Virus record (IMG/VR): IMGVR_UViG_3300013947_000003
Coordinates: 32,001 to 96,000 of that record
From: a virus
Direction: 5' to 3' (one strand)
DNA: 64,000 bases
Every line of letters begins with the position of its first letter. Position 1 is the first letter of the stretch. The position numbers were made by a program, and so were the translations under genes. Below are positions 1-9,502 of this stretch, piece after piece. Under the pieces are notes generated by a model that made no database searches, was not told the origin of the DNA, and worked only from the letters and a program-made list of their open reading frames with translations.

Positions 1-488
1 AAGACTTCCTTTGAAATATTATTAAATTTGGCACTAGACTCATGCCTATCTCTAATAATAACTCCTACATTTTTTAGTTCAGTACAAATAATATATCTAG
101 ATACTTCAAATTTTTTTGCTATCTCTTCTAAAGTAAATTTTTTATTAATGTATAAATTTATTAAATCAGAAATACTCAAAATTTTTCTTTTAAATCTAGG
201 TGTATTACCGCCTATACTAGCATTATAACCTTTGGATTTATCAGTAGAATTATATAATTCTATATAGTACATTTCTTTATAATCTAGATCTTCTAAATCA
301 CATGTTTCTAACATTTCTATATAGAATTTATCTACTCCATACTTTTTCATAGCTCTATTAATAATTTGCTTACCATATTGTGCATGCCTAAGATGCTCCT
401 TCCATCTTTGTTCTACACTAGTTCTGGTTTGCCCTATATAAACCTTATTATTAATAGTGTTTCTGATTATGTAAATAAATCCGTTCAT
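1..488 (-). CDS. GIY-YIG homing endonuclease (C-terminus runs off left edge)
   Basis: Own minus-strand translation from ATG 488-486: MNGFIYIIRNTINNKVYIGQTRTSVEQRWKEH... This shows the GIY..YIG motif plus downstream R/E, then an HTH-like tail. It is absent from the ORF track because there is no stop inside the window. Confidence 0.8.
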   Translation of the reverse strand, partial: MNGFIYIIRNTINNKVYIGQTRTSVEQRWKEHLRHAQYGKQIINRAMKKYGVDKFYIEMLETCDLEDLDYKEMYYIELYNSTDKSKGYNASIGGNTPRFKRKILSISDLINLYINKKFTLEEIAKKFEVSRYIICTELKNVGVIIRDRHESSAKFNNISKEV

Positions 489-690
489 AGTTTCATCTTC
501 TATGCGTTACACTGTCCATAGATATTATTCTATGTCTTAGCACGGTGTTGTCCTTTACTATTGGAGGATTTCACCGTTTTTACCCAATTTTACAAGGGCT
601 TAACTTGTGAGTCAACCCTTCCAATGCTGGAATCCAACCATTTGGAACTTACCTAATTTACCAGCCATAAATTATATTATATTAAAAATT

Positions 691-1827
691 TTAAACATCT
701 AAAGTCCAACCTTTTCCTATAAAGGATTCAGGATCTTTACTGCCTCCCATAAAATTAAGGTTTCCATCAGAAGATCTTTGAGTATTATTAAGAACATTTT
801 CCAGTTCGCTAATACCCCTTTTTACTTCTTTTTTAACCTTACCTTTTATAAAACCACTTAAATCTTTAAACCCATTTGTTAATGTAAAAATAAGTCCCAG
901 ATTTTTAATAAAGTCTACTTTATTCTCCATTTCATACTGTTGAATTGCAGTATAAAGTTCTCCAGTGCTTTTATCTTTATGCACAGGCTTCATTATATTA
1001 TCCAGAATCCTTTGTCTTGTATTTCTATCTACTTCTAAATCACCAAAAAATTTTTTATCTTCAAGTATAGATTTTTTAAGAGTTTCTATTTGTTCGGCCT
1101 ATTCTCTTTTGCTCTTCTCGGCTTCTTCTTCTGCATCTTTTACAACTTTATTATATGCAGTTTTATAAAAATCTATATTTCCTTGAAGAGCTTCTTTTGC
1201 ATCTTCTATATCTGTTCCGCCCTTTATAGATTTATCTACCTCTCTTTGAGCTTTATCCTAAGAATATCCTCTATTAATAAAATCCTAGTATATTAATTTC
1301 TTTCTTAAATCTTCACCTTGATCACTTTCTTCTTCTATAGCAGATTGCTAAATACTGTCTAAATAATTTAAAGCTCCTTCATATTGTTTAATAAGATCTG
1401 GTTCTACACCAACACCTAAAGCTTTATTTATTCTTTTATATTTATCATCTAATTCTGAAGAAATCTTACTTTCAATAAGTGTTCTAAAATCTTCCGGTGT
1501 TTCTATTTTAGAAATGTCTTCTTCATTAAGGTCAGGGAAAATACCATCATCTGCAAAAGCTTTAGCAATGGAAGAATAAAATTTAGGAGAAGTGCCCTTT
1601 TCAGATGTGGTACTTTCCTGTTCCTTAATTGTATCTTCTTCACTACTTACGCTCTCTGGTGAATCCTCAAATAAATTATCTGGATTAACCTCAGTAGTAT
1701 TTTCTTCTTTTTTCTCTTCTTCAGGGGCTCCTTCTACAGTTTCTGTAGTATCCTCCTGTACATCTTCATTAAACAGGTTTTCTATTTCTGAACCTGTATA
1801 AATATTATCAAATGATAAACCTTCCAT
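691..1827 (-). CDS. late protein, acidic N-terminus and coiled-coil-like C-half, function unknown (TAG read as sense)
   Basis: Track fragments 691-993 and 1348-1827 share one frame, joined through 4 in-frame TAG (1348, 1285, 1258, 1099). There is no TAA/TGA until TAA at 691. Confidence 0.6.
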
Positions 1828-1929
1828 TTATTCTCCTTTTATCTAGTTTATTCAATACAAAATTACTATATTTTAGATTATATTACGCTGTAATTAATAA
1901 AACCTTAATAGTAATATTAACAAAAATAT

Positions 1930-1953
1930 AAGGTGGGGGAAATTCCCCACCTT
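1930..1953 (-). terminator. rho-independent terminator hairpin
   Basis: aaggtgggg-gaaatt-ccccacctt, a 9-bp GC-rich stem. On the minus strand it is followed by atattttt, 6 nt after the TAA at 1959. Confidence 0.7.
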
Positions 1954-1958
1954 ATACC

Positions 1959-2360
1959 TTAAAGTTCAACTATAGATTCTAGAGCATCTTCAAACATCTA
2001 TTGTGCTAAATTACCACTAAGATGTGCAGCTTCTTCTGAATAAGGATTAATATCCAAAGCTTCACATAAATGCATTTCTAAATGATTCTTTTCATGTACC
2101 AAAGTGTTTAAAAACTCTGCAATGCTACTAGCTTTATGTATAACAATAATGGTCATGTGATTATCAAAGCTGGAAAAAGTTAATCCTGTATCTAATTCTG
2201 CTTTATCTAAATTTGTTTTTACGGAGTCTATAGTACTCTAATTCTTGCTCATCTAAGAGACCTTTTTAATAATTTCGTTTCTCTACTAAAAATCCAAAAC
2301 ATAATAGATATTTACATCCCAGTTATATTTAGTCACTTTGAATTTTTGGCATAGTCCCAT
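1959..2360 (-). CDS. small HExxH (zincin-like) protein, TAG read as sense
   Basis: ATG 2360-2358 overlaps the upstream stop (TAATG). There are 5 in-frame TAG. Motif TLVHEKNHLEMH. Ends at TAA 1959. Confidence 0.5.
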
Positions 2361-2566
2361 TATTTATATTTCTCTTTAAGTTTCTCTAATTTTTCCTCAA
2401 AGCCTTCTCTATAGCTTCTTCCGCTTCTTTCTCCGTAACCTTCTAGTTCTCTCATGGCTTTTCTATAACCATGTTCACAGCCTTCTTTAAATGCTTTTTC
2501 CAGCATTTCTTCACTGTCACGAGATCTTTCATTATAATCTTCTGTTATATGATAAATTCTTCCCAT
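2360..2566 (-). CDS. hypothetical Arg/Glu-rich protein
   Basis: Intact 68-aa ORF in the track, with a TAA 1 codon upstream of its ATG. Confidence 0.55.
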   Translation of the reverse strand: MGRIYHITEDYNERSRDSEEMLEKAFKEGCEHGYRKAMRELEGYGERSGRSYREGFEEKLEKLKEKYK

Positions 2567-2717
2567 AGTTTAATCAGTTTTAGTTTCTTTTTTAAGAGTG
2601 GCCATTACTTCTTTTATGCTTCCCATTAATTCAGACATTTGTTGTTTTAACGCATTAATCTCTTGCTTCTATTTTTTCTATTCAGCAAACTCAGGATTTA
2701 AAGTCTATAATAAACTT

Positions 2718-3077
2718 TCACAATCCTATACTATTTTTTTTATGGTAGTCTACACTATTTAATATACCCAAACTTTTCTATCTTAATGAGTCCACTTCTG
2801 CATTCATAGCTTCTCTAGAAGTTGTTATTACCAATGCACCATTTACTGTACCCTAATCTGCAACATCTAGATTAGCCGGTAATTTCTATAAAGTAATATT
2901 ATTATCATTTATTTTAACCACAACATCTACAACCATTTCCTACGGATTTATAAAATTAGTTACTGGAAATTTTGGTTGTGGCTGTGATATGCTTACAACT
3001 TGTCCTACTTCTATATAAGGAGACGCCTCTTTATGAAGTATATATATTTGACTATTAGCTCTTAAATTTTGAAACAT
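2718..3077 (-). CDS. hypothetical late protein (zero-frame part; possible frameshift extension to 2570)
   Basis: ATG 3077, 4 in-frame TAG, TGA at 2718 just after an A8 run (T8 at 2734-2741 on plus). The +1 frame stays open to TAA 2570. Confidence 0.55.
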
Positions 3078-3089
3078 ATTAATATTTTA

Positions 3090-3512
3090 TTATGCCGTAG
3101 CCGACGTTATTACTAAAGTTAAAGAATCATTAATTGTGTAAGATAATGCACATCCACAATTAATATTAGAACCGTATTGTTCTCTTCCAACATTTGTTAG
3201 AGTTATTGTGGTAGGAACAGTAGTCTACCCCTAAAATGCAACTACATAATTCTCTGTAAATAGTTGTGTATGAGCATTACATCCGCATTTACCATCTTGT
3301 GTAACAACTGTTATTACTACTTTCACAGGAATAAAAACTGTTGTTTCTACCAACCTTGGAGTTCCAGTAGTGTAAACTACTGAAACCTACGGTTGAATAG
3401 TGGAATCAATACAAAATGGCCTACATAACTTCTCTTTATAAGTCGCCATAAAAGACAACTGATTAGCAACAGGGGCTGTTGCTAATCCTACAGGTGATAT
3501 TGTTACTGCCAT
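3090..3512 (-). CDS. hypothetical late (structural?) protein
   Basis: ATG 3512 to TAA 3090, checked codon by codon: 3 in-frame TAG (3387, 3231, 3225) and no TAA/TGA. Thr/Val-rich sequence. Confidence 0.6.
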
Positions 3513-3524
3513 AATGATTAATTA

Positions 3525-4430
3525 TTAACAATTACAACTACCTGTAGTATAAGGATATCCATAATTATTGCAGCCACATCCATAAGGGTTTGGAACTACA
3601 TAAGCAGGAGAGGGAGAAGGTCTAACCTAACTTACTATATTAGCAGTCTATGCCTACTGAGAAGCTGCCAAAGCAAGTTGACTATTTTCCTATCTAAGAG
3701 CATCAATCTTATTCTGCATCTCTCTCATTTCTAACTAACAGAACTTATCATTAATAAGAGTAGTTTGCGCGGCTATAGCATTCTTTAAATCACAAGTCTA
3801 CTATGCAGTAGCATATGCTGTAGAAGAAAATCCTCTCTCAACAGAACTATTTACAAAATTTATAGCATTCTATAAAGTGTTAGTTTGATTTACATTAGAT
3901 AACTGATTCTCATAATTAGTTTTAGTTATAGAATCCTAAATACTGCAGCAACATTGTGCTAATTGACTGCCTAACTGACAATTTCCGCTCTAGATAGAAT
4001 TGATAATCTGTTGGCCTGTCATACCAACCTGACTACCCACAGTTTGTATAGAGGATTGTACTTGACCTATAGCAGTTTGAAGAGTATTTACATCACAATT
4101 TAAAGTAGTGGCAAGTTGACTTAAAGCCTAACCATTACCATTAATAGCCTGTAAAAGAACTTCTCTACCAAAATCATTATTCAATTGGTTAGGTATACCA
4201 TCAGCATTTCCACCAAACATACCATTACCTCTACCTCCCCAAAGCCAGAACATTATGATTACCCAAATCCACCACATGCCTCCACCTCCCCAAGCATCTT
4301 GGTTTTTAGAAGCATTTGTAAGCATTGCCATAAGATTAGGATCAATACCTTTATTCTGCATTAGACTAGCAATAAGAGCAGAGGAATCAAAGCCCTTATC
4401 TGCTGTATCAAAAACATAAGTTTTTTCCAT
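3525..4430 (-). CDS. membrane-anchored Gln/Asn-rich coiled-coil protein with Cys-rich C-terminus
   Basis: Track ORF 4128-4430 continues through 11 in-frame TAG to TAA 3525 (906 nt). It has a TM-like GGGGMWWIWVIIMFWLWGG segment and the tail ...YGCGCNNYGYPYTTGSCNC. Confidence 0.6.
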
Positions 4431-4517
4431 ATATAAATAATAAAGAAGTTAATAAATAAGTGATCACTGCACAAAGGTATTATTTATATGTCAAAATTAA
4501 CAACAATGCTAAACAAC

Positions 4518-4552
4518 AAAGGCAATACTCTGTATTATAGAATATTGCCTTT
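4518..4552 (-). terminator. hairpin downstream of amidase gene
   Basis: aaaggcaata ... tattgccttt, a 10-bp stem 11 nt after TAA 4563. The T-tract is weak. Confidence 0.45.
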
Positions 4553-4562
4553 AGTATTGTTT

Positions 4563-4973
4563 TTATAAATCCTTATACTCAGTTTTTGCATCAAAAGAAG
4601 GGCACGCTTTATTGGCATATTCTCTATGCCCGTGTATAGTAGCGTTAGGATATTTCTTTCTAAGATCTTTTATAAGTTTTATTAAAGAAGCTTTTTGAGC
4701 AGCTGTTCGAGTGTCTTTAGGTGTTTTACCGTCTTTCGCTACGCCTCCTATATAACATACTCCTATAGAATATGCATTATGACCTGAGCAATGGGCTCCT
4801 ATTCTTTCTATTGGTCTACCTGTATGTATAGAGCCATCTCTATAAACAACATAATGGTAACCAATATCACTAAATCCTCTTTGTTTATGCCACTACCTTA
4901 TTTGATTTACTGTATAATCCTTTCCTTCAGGAGTAGCAGAACAGTGTATTATAATTTCATTTATTATTCTCAT
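4563..4973 (-). CDS. N-acetylmuramoyl-L-alanine amidase (T7-lysozyme/PGRP type endolysin)
   Basis: Own translation: MRIINEIIIHCSATPEGKDYTVNQIR(TAG)WHKQRGFSDIGYHYVVYRDGSIHTGRP...HREYANKACPSFD. It carries the family motifs HCSAT, GYH and KACPSFD. There is one in-frame TAG at 4893-4895. Confidence 0.9.
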
Positions 4974-5259
4974 ATTTATTTATATATAAATCTAAATCCT
5001 TTTTATACCAAAATAATTCTTTAAAGCCCGCTTGTTTCATTCCTTTAGGCAATCTTCCTTGTCTAACATAATTATCAAAAGAAGCCCTACTGATATTTAA
5101 ATATTGGTAAGCCTAATATTTACTCAGTCTTTCTTGTTTATCAGAAAGAACTCTTAAAGATTTTAGTATTTGTTCTTCTTCCTCTTTTGTTAAATCACAA
5201 CTTCCTTTATCTATATTTTCTATAAAACCTTTTAATAAATGTCGGATTATTTTTAACAT
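4957..5259 (-). CDS. small HTH (excisionase/MerR-like) DNA-binding protein
   Basis: ...LSKY(TAG)AYQYLNISRASFDNYVRQGRLPKGMKQAGFKELFWYKKDLD. The only ATG is at 5259. It overlaps both neighbours and ends at TGA 4957. Confidence 0.4.
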
Positions 5260-5620
5260 AACTATATAATAAATAAAATAACATAATTCCTGTAATTATA
5301 ATATGAAAAACAAATAGATGAAAATCCGAAATATTAATTCCTATATGATAATCAATTAAGTTTAAAGTTTCTATAACAAATATATACCATAAAAATATTT
5401 TATGATATGTACAAAATCTAAAAACAATTGCAGATACATATATAAATACCCAGGGTAAAAAAGACATTCCACCAAGACAACTTAACAGCCATGTATCTAT
5501 ATCAAAATAAGCAAATAAAGTGTTGAAGAAATAACATAAAGCTCCTAATATTGGAATTAGCTTTAGTAATTTCAACAACACTTTATATAAAATCTTATTT
5601 AAGTTTTCCTCCTTTAGCAT
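5207..5620 (-). CDS. multi-pass membrane protein (holin candidate by position)
   Basis: Track ORF with about 4 hydrophobic helices, adjacent to the amidase and lipoprotein genes. Confidence 0.5.
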   Translation of the reverse strand: MLKEENLNKILYKVLLKLLKLIPILGALCYFFNTLFAYFDIDTWLLSCLGGMSFLPWVFIYVSAIVFRFCTYHKIFLWYIFVIETLNLIDYHIGINISDFHLFVFHIIITGIMLFYLLYSYVKNNPTFIKRFYRKYR

Positions 5621-5658
5621 ACTATCCTTTCTTTAGTCCTGCTTTCGGAGTTAGAGGC

Positions 5659-6051
5659 TTAGGCCTTCTTGTCTTTGTTTTTGTTTTTGCCATTTTCATC
5701 TTTTTTAGGCTAGCTCATAATTCTAAGCTAGCAGGTTAAATCAGTACATATTTGAGTAGTTAACTATATTACCGCAGTTTTAAGATCTTCAAGTTCTCTC
5801 TTTAAATTATCATTATCCTATCTTAAAGTGACAATTTCAATACGAAGTTCCTTGTTTTCCTATAGTGCAGTATCCAATCTTTCTTTATTGTCGTTACTTA
5901 ACTTTTCATAAAACTCTAAAGATGCTTCCATATTACTTATTACTGAATTATCTACTTCACTATTATATTTCTTTCTTGCTAAAAACCATGATAACCAGCT
6001 TCCTGCTGTAGTAGAAACTACTCCAATTACTGCTATAATAATTTCAGTCAT
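5659..6051 (-). CDS. N-terminal TM plus coiled-coil protein (spanin-like)
   Basis: Track ORF 5860-6051 continues through 5 in-frame TAG to TAA 5659. It has a TM helix and then the heptad region ENKELRIEIVTLR.DNDNLKRELEDLK. Confidence 0.5.
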
Positions 6052-6055
6052 CGGA

Positions 6056-6442
6056 TTAAGATTTTTTTAGTTTATACCATGTTATTGCGGCACCTCCTAT
6101 TATAAATGCAGCACCTAACCACATTAATAACTTTTGATACCATTTAATTTTATTAACTTCTTTCACTTCAGTTTTTGTTATATATATCGGCGTTTCAATA
6201 GAGTCTTTCTGTATCATAGTATCAGTATGATTTAGATATTTATAAATGTACTTATACTTATATAAGTACAAGGTATCACCATTTACAAATCTGTCAATAC
6301 TATCATGAACATATATACTGTCTATTTTTAATGTATTTATATATTCTGTTTTTACTTTTTCTATAGGAACTTCTTTTTCTATTATTTTAGTAGACCCACA
6401 AGCAACTAGAAAAACAAGAATAATTATTAATAAATATCTCAT
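6056..6442 (-). CDS. lipoprotein with C-terminal hydrophobic helix (outer spanin-like?)
   Basis: MRYLLIIILVFLVACGS lipobox. Track ORF. Confidence 0.6.
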   Translation of the reverse strand: MRYLLIIILVFLVACGSTKIIEKEVPIEKVKTEYINTLKIDSIYVHDSIDRFVNGDTLYLYKYKYIYKYLNHTDTMIQKDSIETPIYITKTEVKEVNKIKWYQKLLMWLGAAFIIGGAAITWYKLKKS

Positions 6443-6465
6443 AGTTTGTTTTTTGTATACATTAT

Positions 6466-8004
6466 CTAATGTAACGTTCCATTATATACATTAGGTTCCA
6501 CAATAATTATATTGTCTTTATGGGTTACCATACTTCCGTTGCCTCCAAGGGGACTGCTAGACTTTCCTGTAGGAATTCCTTTAGATATGTTTTTAAATGT
6601 CATTTTAGATGCTTTAGTATTAAACATTGCAGTATTTAAGTTTTCACACTCAAAATCTATTGTACCTAAATAAACAGATCCGTCTTCATTTCCATTTTCA
6701 AAACATCTATTATAATAACAACACACCAGCTTTATACTTTGTTCATCAGACAAATAATTTTTAACATAAGTTATTCTAGGTAATGCTCCCTATAAATGTC
6801 CCCCTGCAGTATTTATTTTAATAGGAACTAAAGGTTGATCTGCATTACCATTAATACCGTCAGTAATAGTACTGCATAAAGGATCTATAATATTTCCTCC
6901 AAATCCTAACCAAAACAATTTATTATACTAGTTTCCGACATTACCCACTGCACGTATTACATAAAATATATGTCCAGATTCTGTGATTGTAAAATCAGGT
7001 TCAGAAACTAAAGTAGTATTACCATGTAATATAGAGGGCGTAATTGTAGCATCCCATTCTACTCCTGAAAAATCAGCTAGTTTCATTCCATCAAAAGTCT
7101 CAAAATCTTCAGTATGAACCAAATATATAGATCTCCAACAACCATCTGCAGAAAAATTTAATCTGTTTCTTGCGTAAGCCATAAAGTAATACAGCTTATT
7201 AAATTTGATTACTTTATTAGTGGGTATAACATGCATGTTATTGATAACAAGGTCTAAATCTTTAGATGTCCAAGTTTTACCACCATCTATAGATTTATAT
7301 AATGTTGTTATTTGGTCGCTTGTAAACTTTAGAGATATTATAACTTCGTTAAGCTCTTTATCTGTAAAATTAACACAGACGCAGTCTCCAAACATACTTG
7401 CAGCAGCATTGGGAACCTCATTATCATATATAAGTTCTTCAGTAGTATTTTCGTATATTTTATAAACTCGGTCTCTATAATTAGTTATAGAGTATAAAGT
7501 AGCTTTTTCCTGTCTTTCAAGTCTATACAAATACTGTTTATCATAGTATTGGTCTTCTCCTACTATATATTCCCAAGAAGGACTCCAAGGAGTTGTCTAT
7601 TTAGTAGCATCAACTTTATTAAAATACTTTATATCTTCTTCAATCTTTTCATTAATACTATCAATATCTTCTGCTTGTTTTTCAACTTTAGAAGTAAGAG
7701 CCTTAATAGCAGTGTTTAGAGTATTTAATTTATTATCAGTATTTGTTTTCCAAACATTTAATTCCTATATGGCTGCTTTATTGTCTGAAATGTCTTTTTC
7801 AATAGTTTGAAAATGAAAAATAGTATCTTGAAGGATATTATCCTTAATTGTGCTAAGATTAACTCTTACATTTTTAGCATTCTACACTATTACTATAGAG
7901 TCCTCATCTTTAATAGAACTTTTTAAATCAAACTCTAAATCTTTAACTCCTTTAGAATTTAACCATTTTTCTATTTTCTCTAATTCTAATCTTCCTAAAA
8001 ACAT
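6466..8004 (-). CDS. tail fibre/spike protein with BNR (Asp-box) propeller-like C-domain
   Basis: ATG 8004 to TAA 6466, checked codon by codon: 5 in-frame TAG (7882, 7765, 7597, 6928, 6790). N-terminal coiled coil. Asp-box SIDGGKTWT. Confidence 0.65.
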
Positions 8005-8717
8005 TATTCTACAGCTATTAATTGTATTTTTATTTTTCGACTACCATTATTAATAATACTACTAGTATCAGTCATTTTGGGAATGGTTACTTGCAAATAT
8101 GCTTTAGTTCCAGCAGTTGCAACTCCTTCTGAGTTTTTCCAACTTGAAGTAATAACATCGCTTTTATATACGCGTTCTCTGTCCTAAGTAAGTACATCCC
8201 CCACTTCATGTTTACACCATATTACTATAGGTTCTAAAAAATAGTCTTGTATTCCTATATAAGGAGCACTATTCCAATAAATACTATACCCATTAAATTC
8301 TTTTATATCAGACTAGTAATCATACAAACCATTATTCAACATAGGTACCGCCACAGTTTTAGAACTTCCTACTTTTAGGTCTTTAAAAAAGTTTCTAATA
8401 CCAAGAGTAAATACAGGCATTGTTAGTTGATCATATTTAGAAGCATAACTAGCACAATCTCTTTTTGATATATAATTCGCATTAATACCTTTTACCTCAG
8501 TTTCTAAAGATGATACACTATACACAAAGTCATCCATATTTCCTACAGGGGACCAGCTACCGTCTATATAATGGTAGATTATATCATTATCAGAATGTAA
8601 CTCATAAGATTCTTCATCCTAATCGCTTTTTATTTTCTGTTTACCTGCTTTTATCCAAAGTACATTTGTTTGTTTGGGAGGATTGGCAGAATATATAATA
8701 TTTTCGTACTTTATCAT
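8004..8717 (-). CDS. tail-fibre-like protein (shared N-terminal module)
   Basis: ATG 8717 to TAA 8004 (TAATG overlap with the next gene), 3 in-frame TAG. The N-terminus MIKYENIIYSANPPKQTNVLWIKAGK parallels that of 8720-9502. Confidence 0.6.
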
Positions 8718-8719
8718 AA

Positions 8720-9502
8720 TTAATCTATTAAGGTTACTATTACTTTATTCAAACTTGCATTTGCTTCAATTTCAGTCACACTATAAAACTCTACCTTAAT
8801 CCTTTTTTGTATATGTTCTACACTACTACCAACATCAATAGTAGTTTCTGTAATATATGTAGGTCTTAATTCCTAACTATAATTAGTTTTAAAAGCAAAG
8901 TTTGTAGAAGTAAAATCTAACTTACAAGGAACTCCTGTTTGTGTATTACCACTTAAAGTATTTGTTATGATTATATATGGAACATGATAATAATAAATTG
9001 CTTTTCCCACAGCTTCCCATTTATTATTGCTGGTAATAGTGGGTGTTATAGCAATATCACGTGTGATGCTAACTGTATCCATAGAAAGTTCATGAAGGTT
9101 ATCAATCTAAATTACAGGTATAGCCAAAGAAGACTCAGTGCCTTTATAAGTAGTAAAGTTGTCACTAAGCACATTAACACTGTTATTAAGGGTAGTAACG
9201 GTATTATTTACAGTAGTAACAGTATTATTTACAGAAGTAATAGACTCTTTAATATTGTCCGTCTCACTTTGAAGAGTTACAATATCTTCTTTTATACCTG
9301 ATATATAGTCAGCCGTATCATCCGCATTATTTACAGACCTCCAATTTCCGTCTACAAATTGATACAGTTTACTCCCAGGATATTCACTTTTATCCTCTTC
9401 AGGATTTTGTAAAGATTCAACGTATTTACCTGCTTTTATCCACAAAACATTATGTTCTTCAGGAGCTTTTTTTGAATATACTATATCTTTATATTTTATC
9501 AT
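8720..9502 (-). CDS. tail-fibre-like protein (shared N-terminal module)
   Basis: Track ORFs 9107-9502 and 8873-9082 are joined by TAG (9107, 8873). Ends at TAA 8720. N-terminus MIKYKDIVYSKKAPEEHNVLWIKAGK. Contains TVNNTVTT repeats. Confidence 0.6.

Noticed and set aside
28-228. Plus-strand 66-aa ORF at the left edge.
   Set aside because: It is antisense to the well-supported GIY-YIG endonuclease frame and has low-complexity hydrophobic composition.
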